This document shows, in pieces, positions 1-10,640 of a stretch of 64,000 nucleotides of DNA (position 1 is the stretch's first letter; each line of letters opens with the position of its first letter). A program made the translations under genes and the position numbers. The stretch spans positions 1-64,000 of the forward strand of contig JBDRCO010000087.1 of the NCBI GenBank assembly GCA_043821645.1, written 5' to 3'. This DNA is from Pseudomonadota bacterium (GTDB lineage Bacteria > Myxococcota > JACRCW01 > JAFGSX01). The notes below the pieces were generated by a model. It was not told the origin of the DNA and did no database searches. It was given only the letters and a program-made list of their open reading frames with translations.

Positions 1-1
1 C

Positions 2-535
2 GTGCTGTGGCCAGCTGCTCCTGGCATCGATGCAGAGGGCACCCAGGTCGACGGCGAGGTTGTTGCCTCTCCTGTGCCGAGCTTGCGCGAGCACGCGGAG
101 CACAGATCTGGTGATCTGGAATCGACTCTTCACAACGTGTAGCGCCGACATCCCGATGTGGAACTCGATTCGGCCAACGCTTTACAGGAGGCCAGCCTGG
201 CCCTCACGAAGGTCGGAGTTCGGGTCATCTTCTTCGTGGCGCCGGTGCACCGAACTTTTCTGGAGCGCTACGATGCGAACCTGCGGAAGAAAATGCACAG
301 GCAGCTGCAGGCACTGGCGAACTCGATCCAGGCACCGGTGCTGGACTTCTCGCAATCCGAACAGTTTCTCGACCAGGACGCCCCGTTCGCCAACAGCGAC
401 CATCTCGATCCGGGAGGACTGGCCAAGTTTCACCGTGTCTTGGAGACGTCGCTGCTGACCACTTCGGACGCTGGTTCAAGGCCGACCACGGGGGCGGTGG
501 ATCGATCGCCAGAAAGCTCGCCCGCCGCTCCCTGA
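2..535 (+). CDS. C-terminal part of SGNH/DltD-like acyltransferase or hydrolase (5' truncated; in-frame TAG at 140-142)
   Basis: Frame +2 gives VRVIFFVAPV...PVLDFS...FANSDHLDPGG with a DxH-type SGNH block V motif; the frame is open from base 2 except for one TAG. Confidence 0.5.
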
Positions 536-566
536 ATCCAGGTCGGGACCGCGGAAAAAGTTCGCG

Positions 567-1181
567 CTAGTTCTTGCCCTTTTTCTTGGGCGCGGCCTTC
601 TTCTTGGCCGGCTTGTCCGCCGGGAACAGATCTTCGAGATCGCCGCCCCCGAAATTCATGCCGTCGTCCTTCTTGCCCGAGCCATCACCCTCGTCCTTCT
701 TTTCCTCGCCGTCCTTGCCCTTCCCCTTCTCTTCGTCCTTGCCCTCGTCGGGCTTGGCCTCTTCCGGAGGCTTGGGGGGCGGCCTGAACTGAAAGGGGAA
801 GGTCACGGTGACCACACCACCCTTGGGCTTCGTAAAAGTCCAGCCCCCGATCTCGTCCTTCAGGCAGGCGTGCACGTCCTTGTCGTCGAGGGTCGCCTCG
901 CTGACCTCAACCTGCTGCACCTCGCCCTCGGGGTAGATCTTCCAGCGCAGGGTCACGCTGCCCTCGAGCTCGGGCTTGAGTTCCTGCTGCACCAGGTAGC
1001 AGTGCTTGAGCGCGTCCTTGTGTTCCTTGATGACCTTGATGATCTTTTCCTTCGGCAGCGTGCCCTTGGTCGCATCGGGGGGAGCCTTCTTGCCCTTTTT
1101 ACGAGCCGCATCGGCGCTCGAGACGGTGAGCACAAGGGCAAGCGCCAGCAGCCACGACAGCGTCGAGACGAGTGTGCGCAT
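567..1181 (-). CDS. Secreted AgmX/PglI C-terminal (TonB_C-like) domain protein
   Basis: ATG at 1181 after GAGGAG; signal peptide; LKHCY...LEGSVTLRWKI...GEV...CL...WTF.KPKGG.VTVTFPF; Lys/Glu-rich tail. Confidence 0.8.
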   Translation of the reverse strand: MRTLVSTLSWLLALALVLTVSSADAARKKGKKAPPDATKGTLPKEKIIKVIKEHKDALKHCYLVQQELKPELEGSVTLRWKIYPEGEVQQVEVSEATLDDKDVHACLKDEIGGWTFTKPKGGVVTVTFPFQFRPPPKPPEEAKPDEGKDEEKGKGKDGEEKKDEGDGSGKKDDGMNFGGGDLEDLFPADKPAKKKAAPKKKGKN

Positions 1182-1384
1182 GGTGTCGGACTCCTCGGCA
1201 GCCAGGCTGCCCGGTGGGGATGCGCCGCATTCTAGTGCTGGCGCGCGGCTGCTGCCAGTCCATCGATGCCGCGGTTGCCAGCGACCCGGGACCTCGCCAT
1301 CGGACCTCGTGCCCCGTGCGCTTTTCCGTCGACGTGCAGCACGCTTGCCAAGCACAGCACAGGTCTGCAAGATTCCTGGCGTCC

Positions 1385-1474
1385 GGAGGAGTGGCCGAGC
1401 GGCTGAAGGCACCGGTCTTGAAAACCGGCGTACCCGCAAGGGTACCATGGGTTCAAATCCCATCTCCTCCGCCA
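1385..1474 (+). tRNA. tRNA-Ser(TGA)
   Basis: GGAGGAG/CTCCTCC acceptor stem, anticodon arm CCGGT-CTTGAAA-ACCGG, long variable arm, GGTTCAAATCC T-loop, G discriminator and encoded CCA. Confidence 0.97.
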
Positions 1475-1617
1475 TTTTCGAACCCCTGCGGCCTGCTTTC
1501 TCAGACCTGGCCGACCCTGATCTGGCGCCATTTGCCAGCCGTGATCGAGATCACGTATACTCCGCGCCCAGGTAAAGCCGGGCCCCTTTTCAGGCCCCGG
1601 GCAGAATCGAGACGTCC

Positions 1618-2643
1618 ATGCGTCACACCCTGCGTCGTGTTGCTGGTTCCCTGGTCCTCAGCCTTCTCGCCGTCGCCTGCACGAATCGCATGGCATCTGA
1701 GGTGGACTGCACGCTCGACGACAGCTGCCAGGTCCCCTTCATCGGCGACTACCTCGCGTGCACCGCCGACGCCGAGTGTCCCTCCGGGATGTGTGGTCGT
1801 GACGGCCTGTGCGTGGGCACCCAGCAATGCTTTGTCACGGCAGAGTGCCCCAGCGACATGTACTGCAACATCGCCCTTTCGTCGCCGGTGTGCGCGCCGC
1901 TCGGACCCGGTGCCTGCCGCGAGGCCAGTCACTGCCTGACGGGTGTGTGCTCGGCCGTGGGCGGCGGTCTGGGGACCTGCCTCGAGTGCCTGGTGCACGG
2001 CGACTGTGCGTCGGGCACCTGCAACCTCGACGGCACCTGTGCTGCCGAGTCCTCGACCGCGACCCTGACCTGCCCAGCCCACGCCCACGCCGACGGGGAT
2101 ATCTGCGTCTGCGACGAGGGCTGGGTGATGGAATCGAGCAGCACGGCCTGCGTGGAACAGAGCCCCGAGCCGCCGATCACGACGCCGGAGCCGACGCCAT
2201 CGGGTGACACCTGCGAGCTTGCAGGGCTCTACGGCGATGGCAGCTGCGACCCGGGTTGCCCACAACCCGACCCGGACTGCGAGCCAGACCTGCCCCTGGA
2301 TGAGTGCGCCGAGTATGGCTACTACGGCGACGGCGAGTGCGACACCTGGTGCGATGAGCCGGACCCGGACTGCAGCGCCCAGGGCAGCGGCGACATCTGC
2401 GCCGACCGGGGCTACTACGACGATGGCGTGTGCGATACTTTCTGCGCCGAGCCGGATCCCGACTGCCGGCCCCAGCAGGGGGATCGCTGCGGCGACGTCA
2501 CCTACTATGGCTACTGCGACGACGACACGCTGATCTACTGCTACCAGAACCGCATCGACATCGTCGAGTGCACGGGCACCCACCCGCACTGTGGTCTCGT
2601 CAGCGAGCAGACGGGGTATGACTGCCTGGCCACCTCTGGCTGA
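1618..2643 (+). CDS. Cys-rich lipoprotein with three YxDGxCDxxCxxPDPDC repeats
   Basis: Lipobox LAVAC; CxxDxxC modules; three acidic DPDC repeats. Confidence 0.8.
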   Translation: MRHTLRRVAGSLVLSLLAVACTNRMASEVDCTLDDSCQVPFIGDYLACTADAECPSGMCGRDGLCVGTQQCFVTAECPSDMYCNIALSSPVCAPLGPGACREASHCLTGVCSAVGGGLGTCLECLVHGDCASGTCNLDGTCAAESSTATLTCPAHAHADGDICVCDEGWVMESSSTACVEQSPEPPITTPEPTPSGDTCELAGLYGDGSCDPGCPQPDPDCEPDLPLDECAEYGYYGDGECDTWCDEPDPDCSAQGSGDICADRGYYDDGVCDTFCAEPDPDCRPQQGDRCGDVTYYGYCDDDTLIYCYQNRIDIVECTGTHPHCGLVSEQTGYDCLATSG

Positions 2644-2685
2644 GCACCTGACGCGTGCGCCATCGGTTCCGCCTGAGCGCGGACG

Positions 2686-3090
2686 TCACGGTGCCTCGAT
2701 TCCTGCCAGCAGCAACTGGGCCCGGGCCCACCCCTCGGCTGCCTCGACCGTGGAGAAGGCGCGGCTCGGGTACGTGCTGTCGGCCCGCAGCCAGTTGAAG
2801 GCCGTGTAGGCCGCGCTGAGGATCTTGGAGTTGAGCACCACGGCCTCTGCCACCAGCGTGTCGGGATGGCGCGTGGTGGCCGCGTCCACCTGCTGCGCCA
2901 GGTAGCGGCGCTGCTCGGCACCGGATTGCAGCACCGACACCGCGCGCACGTCGACCACCGTGGCCTGGCGGCCGCGGCACAGCACACGTTCGAGTCGGGT
3001 GCCGTAGGCCTCGATCTCCTCGAGGCTCGCCTGCGCGGGGTAGCTGATGCGAACGAGGGGGAAGCCCGTGTCGTCGATGTCAAAGGACAT
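2686..3090 (-). CDS. STAS/SEC14-like small protein
   Basis: FPLVRI...VVDVR...AEQRR...AVVL...F.TVEAAE.WA pattern; paralog of 6829-7242. Confidence 0.65.
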   Translation of the reverse strand: MSFDIDDTGFPLVRISYPAQASLEEIEAYGTRLERVLCRGRQATVVDVRAVSVLQSGAEQRRYLAQQVDAATTRHPDTLVAEAVVLNSKILSAAYTAFNWLRADSTYPSRAFSTVEAAEGWARAQLLLAGIEAP

Positions 3091-3111
3091 GGTCTGGTCC
3101 TGACTCCGTCG

Positions 3112-4065
3112 TCACCAGCGGACGCTGGCCGTCATGTGCGGCTCGCCACGCTCGGGGTGATAGGCCACGAAGGCTGACAGGTTTTCCTGTGCAGCGGTGG
3201 AGGTCGTTTGCACCGCCACACGGCCAGGCAAAAAGATCGGTCGCTTGAAACTCGCCTCGACCTGAAGGCGCTCGGCGTCCTGCGTCGTCGCGCCGAGCTC
3301 GGCCAGGCTGCGTGCCAGGGTCCAGATGCCATGGGCGATGGGTCGCCGGAAGCCCACCAGGCGCGCGGTCCAGGTGTGCAAGTGGTGCGGGTTGTAGTCG
3401 CCCGAGGCGGCGGCATAGCGCCGCCCCACGTCGGCGGGCGCGTCGAAAAGGTGCTGCGGCGTCGTCGCCGGGCTGTGGTCCGGGCCCCGGGCTGCTTTCT
3501 CGGCCGCTCGGTGGCGCGTGGCGGGATCGCGCGACAGCAGGGTGGCCAGACCCCTCCACACCAGCTCCCCGTCGCTATGCAGGGCCATGGCGCAGTCCAC
3601 CTCGTAGCCGCGTGTGGTGTGTCTCAGCTCGGCCAGGTGACAGCGCAGGTCCAGATTCTCGTCGAGCCGGACCCAGCGCAGCTGCTCGATGCGCTGCACC
3701 ACGTGCACCAGCCCCAGCGGGCTGAAGGGAAAGCGTGGGTGCAGGGCGATGCTGGCCATGGGGCCAATGAACAGGGTCTCGAGAAAGACTGCGGGTGCCA
3801 CACCGTCGCGACCCCGATCCGCGCACACGTCGCGGAAGCGGGTCACGCGCGCGCTGTCCAGGCGCACGCCGCGTTGCACGATGGCGATGGTCCCGAGCTG
3901 CGTCCGCTGCTCGTCGCGCAGCACGCCCTGCTGCCGCCCTCGGGCACGCCACAGGGCGCGGGCCAGCTGCTCCGGAACGCCGGGTGCACGCTCCAGCTCG
4001 ACCTCGACGGCGGGCCCGGTCAGAGCCAGGGCCTCGCGCGTGGTCGTTGCGTCCTTGCTGCTCAA
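3112..4065 (-). CDS. MaoC-family (double hot-dog) dehydratase
   Basis: YAAASGDYNPHH...PIAHGIW hydratase motif and FKRPIFLP; TTG start after GAGGAG. Confidence 0.85.
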   Translation of the reverse strand: MSSKDATTTREALALTGPAVEVELERAPGVPEQLARALWRARGRQQGVLRDEQRTQLGTIAIVQRGVRLDSARVTRFRDVCADRGRDGVAPAVFLETLFIGPMASIALHPRFPFSPLGLVHVVQRIEQLRWVRLDENLDLRCHLAELRHTTRGYEVDCAMALHSDGELVWRGLATLLSRDPATRHRAAEKAARGPDHSPATTPQHLFDAPADVGRRYAAASGDYNPHHLHTWTARLVGFRRPIAHGIWTLARSLAELGATTQDAERLQVEASFKRPIFLPGRVAVQTTSTAAQENLSAFVAYHPERGEPHMTASVRW

Positions 4066-4265
4066 AGCGGTCACTCCTCGTGCTGCGCAGTACTTCGGTA
4101 GAGCCTCGCCCGCCCCTCGAACCGCCGCAAGCCACATCCTGTGCACGCTTTGGGGCAGCCAAGAACAGCGGGGGCGGAGAAAAAAAAGACAAGTTCCTGC
4201 GACGGCGTCGTCCAACCGACGAGCCTGTGGGGAGGGTCTCATTCTTCGAAAAATAGGAGTAAGTC

Positions 4266-5072
4266 ATGAAATATCAGCGTGTTGCATTTTTTGCTCCGGC
4301 TCTCTGCCTGCTCCTGTGCACCCAGATGGGCTGTGTGATCCGGGTAGTCAAGGGCAGCGGTGTAGAGGCCACGGACGAGCGCACTCCCGCCGCATTCAGC
4401 GCCCTGAGCAACGAGACCATGCTCGATGTCGAGCTGGTGGCGGGGAGCGAGCAGCTGGTTCGCGTCACCTGCGATGACAACCTGCTGCAGTACTTGAAGA
4501 CCGAGGTCCGGGACGGCACGCTGGTCATCTACCAGCCCACCGTCATTGACGAGCCCAACACCTTTCTCGAGCTGCAGCCCAGTCAGAACTGCCTGGCCAC
4601 AGTGACCACGGACGCGCTGTCCAGGGTGGACAACACCGGCTCCGGCGAGCTGCGCAGCGACGCGGCCTGGCCTGGTCTCAAACGCCTGAGCAACACAGGT
4701 TCTGGCGGCATCAGGCTGACCTGCGGTCTGCAGCAGCTGGAGGAGATCGAGAACACAGGCTCCGGTGCCGTGTACGCAGCGGGCATCGTCGGCGCCCAGC
4801 TCACGACCCGGCTCACGGGCTCGGGTGATGTGTCCCTGGCCGGCGAGGTGGCCGTGCTCGATCTCGAGGGTACGGGCTCGGGCAAGACCCTGGCGCGTGG
4901 CCTCGGCGTGCAACGCGCCAACGTCGAGATCACGGGATCGGGTGGGGCCGAGATCCACGCCACGGACTGCGTGGACATCACCATCACTGGCTCGGGCAAC
5001 GTGCACGTGGCCGGCAACCCGCGGATCTGCAGCATCGATACTCCCGGGTCTGGCGAGGTGATCTTCGATTGA
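4266..5072 (+). CDS. DUF2807 / head-GIN beta-helix lipoprotein
   Basis: VKGSG...DDNLL...V.DGTL and repeated TGSG motifs. Confidence 0.85.
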   Translation: MKYQRVAFFAPALCLLLCTQMGCVIRVVKGSGVEATDERTPAAFSALSNETMLDVELVAGSEQLVRVTCDDNLLQYLKTEVRDGTLVIYQPTVIDEPNTFLELQPSQNCLATVTTDALSRVDNTGSGELRSDAAWPGLKRLSNTGSGGIRLTCGLQQLEEIENTGSGAVYAAGIVGAQLTTRLTGSGDVSLAGEVAVLDLEGTGSGKTLARGLGVQRANVEITGSGGAEIHATDCVDITITGSGNVHVAGNPRICSIDTPGSGEVIFD

Positions 5073-5234
5073 GTTGCGGATCCTGAGTCTCCGGCCTGGT
5101 TTGCGCTGAAGCGAAAATTCCACCCACGGACAGATCCCCGCCAGCGGCCATGCGTTGCCAGACAGAGGGAGCGGTGTGCCTGCCGCCCGGATTCGGGCTG
5201 CTCCGAGGACAGGTTTGCCAGGTGGAGGGCTCGC

Positions 5235-6671
5235 ATGAGGAAGGTCTTGCTGGTCATCCTGCTGGTTGCCCTCGCAGGCAGTACCGCAGACACCGCATCC
5301 CGACGCAAAGCCGTCATACTCTCCGAGGCGAGCGTGCGGCTTGCCGACGTCCCCCACGTGCAGCAGCGGCCCGATTTTTGCGGTGAGGCCTGCGCCGAGA
5401 TGGTGCTGCGCTGGCGGGGACATGACCTCGATCAGGACGCGGTGTTCTCGGCCACGGCAGTGGACCCGGCGCTGGGTCGGGGCGCGTACACGGCCGAGCT
5501 CGGGCGTGGTCTTGAAGCCCTGGGTTTTGACGTGGGTCCAATCTGGTACCAGGTCCAGGTCGTGGCCGCCGACGCGGAACTGCGTGTACAGTGGCTGGCC
5601 TTGCTCGCGGACCTGCGGCAGGGCATCCCTTCGATCGTGTGCATGCATTACGACGACACACCCGAGACCACCGAGCACTTCCGGCTGGTGGTGGGCTACG
5701 ACGCCGCGCGGGACGAGGTGCTGTACCACGAGCCGGCTAAGGCAGCGGCGGCATACCGGCGCATGGCCCTCGCGCACTTTCTCGAGCTGTGGCCCCTCAA
5801 GTACGAGCCAGCGACCTGGACCGTGATCCGGCTGCGCATGGAGCTCGACGGGGTGCCCGCACCGATGGGCGCAGAGGCGACAGCGCGGGCGGACCTGGCG
5901 CAACACGTTCGAGCCTTGAAGCCGCGTGTGCCCGAGGGTTTCAGCCTGGTGGTGCAGCCCCCCTTCGTGGTGCTAGGCGACGAGGACGCGGCGGTGCTGA
6001 GGCAGCGCAGCCAGCACACCGTGCAGTGGGCGGTCACGCATCTCAAGCGCGATTTTTTTGCGCGCGACCCAGCGCAGATCCTGGACATCTGGCTGTTCAA
6101 GGACGCGCGGAGCTACCAGCGGCACACGCGCAGCCTGTTTGGCCACAGCCCGTCCACCCCTTATGGCTACTACTCGGATAGCGCGCACGCGCTGATCATG
6201 AACATCGAGACCGGCGGCGGTACCCTGGTGCACGAGATCGTGCATCCCTTCGTCGAGGCGAATTTTCCAGCCAGCCCGGCCTGGTTCAACGAGGGCCTGG
6301 GTTCGCTGTACGAGCAGTGTGCCGAGGACGGCGGGCACATCCGGGGCCTGACCAACTGGCGTCTTCCCGGGCTACAACAGGCCATTCGCGCTGGCACGCT
6401 GCCAAGCTTCGAGACCCTGACCCACACCAGCTCGCGCGCGTTCTACGACGAGGACCCGGGCAGCAACTACGCCCAGGCGCGCTACCTGCTGTACTACTTG
6501 CAGGAAAAGAAGCTGCTGCGACGCTACTACCAGCGCTTCGTTGCCGGCCAGGCCGAAGACCCCACCGGGTACCGCACGCTGCAGCAGGTGCTCGAGGTCC
6601 GGGACATGAAGACCTTTCAGCAGGAGTGGCAGCACTGGGTGCTGGGCTTGCACTTCCCGCCGAGCGCCTGA
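5235..6671 (+). CDS. Secreted C39-like cysteine peptidase fused to a zincin (HEXXH) domain
   Basis: Signal peptide; VPHVQQRPDFCGEAC...EHFRLVVGYD...HEP; TLVHEIVH...PAWFNEG. Confidence 0.8.
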   Translation: MRKVLLVILLVALAGSTADTASRRKAVILSEASVRLADVPHVQQRPDFCGEACAEMVLRWRGHDLDQDAVFSATAVDPALGRGAYTAELGRGLEALGFDVGPIWYQVQVVAADAELRVQWLALLADLRQGIPSIVCMHYDDTPETTEHFRLVVGYDAARDEVLYHEPAKAAAAYRRMALAHFLELWPLKYEPATWTVIRLRMELDGVPAPMGAEATARADLAQHVRALKPRVPEGFSLVVQPPFVVLGDEDAAVLRQRSQHTVQWAVTHLKRDFFARDPAQILDIWLFKDARSYQRHTRSLFGHSPSTPYGYYSDSAHALIMNIETGGGTLVHEIVHPFVEANFPASPAWFNEGLGSLYEQCAEDGGHIRGLTNWRLPGLQQAIRAGTLPSFETLTHTSSRAFYDEDPGSNYAQARYLLYYLQEKKLLRRYYQRFVAGQAEDPTGYRTLQQVLEVRDMKTFQQEWQHWVLGLHFPPSA

Positions 6672-6676
6672 TACGA

Positions 6677-6795
6677 AATCGTGTTGATTCGACCACATTG
6701 TGGGGCCCCGCCTTCACCGGCGAGTCTTTTTGTCCTCGCAAGCTCGGAAAAAAAACTCGCCTGGGCCCCCCACACCAGGGCCAATCAACACGATT
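6677..6795. repeat. 119-bp imperfect palindrome (REP/MITE-like; possible bidirectional terminator)
   Basis: Perfect 13-bp terminal inverted repeat AATCGTGTTGATT/AATCAACACGATT with nested stems TGTGGGG/CCCCACA and GGCGAGT/ACTCGCC. Confidence 0.75.
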
Positions 6796-6828
6796 CAGCA
6801 TGAGGTGGCACGGTGGAGTCGAATGCCC

Positions 6829-7242
6829 TCAGGGTTTCGTGCCCTGGTGCCCGGCCAGCTTCTCGCGTGCCCAGTCCTCGGCCTCTTCGGCGCGGGCGAA
6901 GATCTTGTAGGGATAGACCGGCGGCGCGGCCCAGTACACGGCGCTGAGGATGGCGCGCGTGACGGGGTTATTGAGCACGATGGCGGCGCCGAGGCAGTGC
7001 ACCCTGTCGTGGGCGGCGGTCCGCTTTTCGAACTCGGCGAACAGCTTGCGCTGGTAAGCGGTGGCGTGGACCAGGTGGCTCACATCCGACACCCAGGCGA
7101 AGGGCGCGGGGTGTGCTGCCATGTAGGTCTCGGTTGCGGTGATGAAGCTGATCAGGTCCGCGTCGCTGGCCTCGCGCGGGAAGTGCTGGCGAAGCAGGGG
7201 AGCCGCGCTGACGTCCAGCCAGGGATGTTGCCACGCGCTCAT
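6829..7242 (-). CDS. STAS/SEC14-like small protein
   Basis: Same motif layout as 2686-3090 (AYQRK, AIVL, PYKIF...EEAEDWARE). Confidence 0.65.
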   Translation of the reverse strand: MSAWQHPWLDVSAAPLLRQHFPREASDADLISFITATETYMAAHPAPFAWVSDVSHLVHATAYQRKLFAEFEKRTAAHDRVHCLGAAIVLNNPVTRAILSAVYWAAPPVYPYKIFARAEEAEDWAREKLAGHQGTKP

Positions 7243-7292
7243 GGTGCTGTTCTACGCCGCGGTGCCGGGGACGTCGAGGGCAGGTTGTCGCC

Positions 7293-8492
<1,200 letters not shown>

Positions 8493-8610
8493 GGTGGCGT
8501 CCTTTCCAGACGGACCGCAGAGCCTGTGCTCCGGGTTCGCGCCGCATCCGGTGCTGGGCGGCGCAGGCGTGGGGCGAGAGCTTTCGCTTCGTCGCTGACC
8601 CCGACAGCTC

Positions 8611-9381
8611 CTAGCGGTGTTGCCAGGTCGGCGGGCGCTTCTCGAGAAACGAGGCGAGGCCCTCGTTGGCGTCGTGGGTCGCCATCAAGGTCTTCAGATA
8701 GAAGGCCTCGACGGCCTTGAGCTGCTGCGTCAGCACCTGGTTGAACTGCCAGCGCGAGGCGTGCTGGGCCAGGCGAAGCGACGACGCGCTCCTGGGTGCG
8801 AGCTCCCGTGCGGCCCAGGTCTCGATGGCGGCGACCGGGTCGTCGGCGAGTTCGTCCACCAGGCGCAGGCGGTGCGCTTCCTCGGCGCCGACATTGCGTC
8901 CCGTGAGGTTGATGTCGTCGGCCGCGGCCTGCCCCAGCTTGAGCGGCAGGATCAGCGACGCAACGGGAGCCAGCACGCCGAGCTGGATCTCGGGCTGGGC
9001 GAACACCGCGTCGGGGCTGGCCACCACCCGGGTGCAAAAGGCGGCCAGCTCCATGCCGCCGCCGAGGCATCGTCCGCGCACGGCAGCGGCGGTGGGCAGG
9101 CCCAGCTCGACCAGCTTGAGGAACAGGCCATGGAACTGCGCGAGCATGCGCGCCGCGCGGTCACCCACGTGCTCCTCGACGCTGGCGCCGAAGCTGAAGT
9201 GCGGGCCCTCGCCGACGAAGCACAGCAGCTTGAGCTGGGGCTGACTGGCAGCCTGGTCGAGAGCCGCGAGCAGCTCGCTCATCATGGAGCCGTCGAGGAC
9301 ATTGCCCTTGGGCGCGTTGAGCACGATGCGCAGGGCCTGCTCACCGAGAAAGGGTTCGACCCGGATCTTGGAGTCGCTCAT
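8611..9381 (-). CDS. dch: Cyclohexa-1,5-dienecarbonyl-CoA hydratase
   Basis: Crotonase fold with PKGNVLD, GPHFSFGASVEEH, CLGGGMEL, QPEIQLGV; adjacent to oah. Confidence 0.88.
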   Translation of the reverse strand: MSDSKIRVEPFLGEQALRIVLNAPKGNVLDGSMMSELLAALDQAASQPQLKLLCFVGEGPHFSFGASVEEHVGDRAARMLAQFHGLFLKLVELGLPTAAAVRGRCLGGGMELAAFCTRVVASPDAVFAQPEIQLGVLAPVASLILPLKLGQAAADDINLTGRNVGAEEAHRLRLVDELADDPVAAIETWAARELAPRSASSLRLAQHASRWQFNQVLTQQLKAVEAFYLKTLMATHDANEGLASFLEKRPPTWQHR

Positions 9382-9408
9382 GACAGCTCCCGTTTCACGG
9401 CTGGAGGG

Positions 9409-10497
9409 TCAACGGTACTGCGGTGAGATCTCCTTGATCAGCTCCGGGGTCCAGGGCGCACCCTCGGCAAGGCGGCGGCGCAGCAGGAGGAAGTCGACCT
9501 CGCGGGCATCCTTGGGTCCCTCGTTGAAGGCCTGGAAGCCGGCCTTGGCCTCGGTCATCATGTTGAGGCCAAGCCACTGGCGGCTGGACTCGGCGTTCTG
9601 CTGCCAGTGCTCGAGCTTGAACTTGCGCAGCTGCTGCAGGGTCATCACGGTGCAGTTGGGGAAGGTGAGCAGCAGTTTTCCAGCCAGCTTCTCGACGGTC
9701 TCGTCGAGCAGGCCAAGATCGACCTGGCCCTTCTTCAGCAGCTCCTTGCCCTTGGCCAGCTCGTCGCCCTCCTTGGGCTCGCCGTAGACGATGCGCCCCA
9801 TGCCGTCGAGGTAGCGGTCGGTGATGACCAGGGGGTTGGGCAGGTATTTTCCGTCCACCTTGAGGGCGGGCACCACGTCGTGGATCAGGCCGAACTGCTT
9901 GGCCTGGTACGCGGTCCAGGTCTCGCACAGGCTGCCGCTCCACATGGCGCGCTCGATGCCGACGTACAGGGGCAAGAAGTCCGTGGAGCCGCCCACCGGA
10001 GCCGAGCCATGCTTGGGGCCCGCCTGGCCAAAGCGCGCCATGTCCTGGGCGACGGTGAAGTCGCAGGCCATGCCGATCTCCTGACCACCGGCGATGCGCA
10101 TGCCGTTGACGCGGCAGATGACCGGCTTGTCCGCGATCAGGATGTGCGTGACCATGTCGTTGAACAGCCGCATGTACTGCATGTACTCCTGCGGGTTGCC
10201 CGCGTAGTACTCGGCATACTCCTTGGTGTTGCCGCCGGTGCAGAAGGCCTTGTCGCCCACCGCTGTGAAGATGATGGCGTTGACGCTGCGCTCGTTGGAG
10301 GCCTTGCGAAAGGCCATGATCACGGACTTGACCATATCGGTGGTGTAGCTGTTGAACTGGGTCGGGTTGTCGAGCCAGATCCACGCATTGTGCAGACCGT
10401 CGGCAGGCTTGCCGTCCGGCGTCTTGGCGGTGCGCAGTTCGTAGCGGATCCCCTTGAACTCCTGCATCTCGACGATGTCGTGGTTCTTGAGCGTCAT
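9409..10497 (-). CDS. oah: 6-oxocyclohex-1-ene-1-carbonyl-CoA hydrolase (Oah/BamA)
   Basis: DNPTQFNSYTT, AFCTGGNTKEYAEYYAGNPQEY, GQAGPKHGSAP, WLGLNMMTEA. Confidence 0.95.
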   Translation of the reverse strand: MTLKNHDIVEMQEFKGIRYELRTAKTPDGKPADGLHNAWIWLDNPTQFNSYTTDMVKSVIMAFRKASNERSVNAIIFTAVGDKAFCTGGNTKEYAEYYAGNPQEYMQYMRLFNDMVTHILIADKPVICRVNGMRIAGGQEIGMACDFTVAQDMARFGQAGPKHGSAPVGGSTDFLPLYVGIERAMWSGSLCETWTAYQAKQFGLIHDVVPALKVDGKYLPNPLVITDRYLDGMGRIVYGEPKEGDELAKGKELLKKGQVDLGLLDETVEKLAGKLLLTFPNCTVMTLQQLRKFKLEHWQQNAESSRQWLGLNMMTEAKAGFQAFNEGPKDAREVDFLLLRRRLAEGAPWTPELIKEISPQYR

Positions 10498-10640
10498 GGC
10501 GACTTCCTTTCTTTAGGGGGCGTCGGGCGCCCCCTCTGCCATCGGGCGCTGGTCCCGATGGCATTCACCCCGCCAGCACAGTTTTCGACTCCACAGTTCT
10601 CGACTCGGGTCTCGGACTCAAATCCCGCAAAAACATGTCG

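Noticed and set aside
1385-1474. Selenocysteine tRNA
   Set aside because: Anticodon is TGA (reads UCA, Ser), not TCA; normal 7-bp acceptor stem
1182-1475. 98-aa N-terminal extension of ORF 567..1475
   Set aside because: It is the antisense of tRNA-Ser and its promoter; the real start is the ATG at 1181 with RBS and signal peptide
1385-7242. tRNA-anchored genomic island or prophage
   Set aside because: No integrase, no duplicated tRNA 3' end and no composition shift seen
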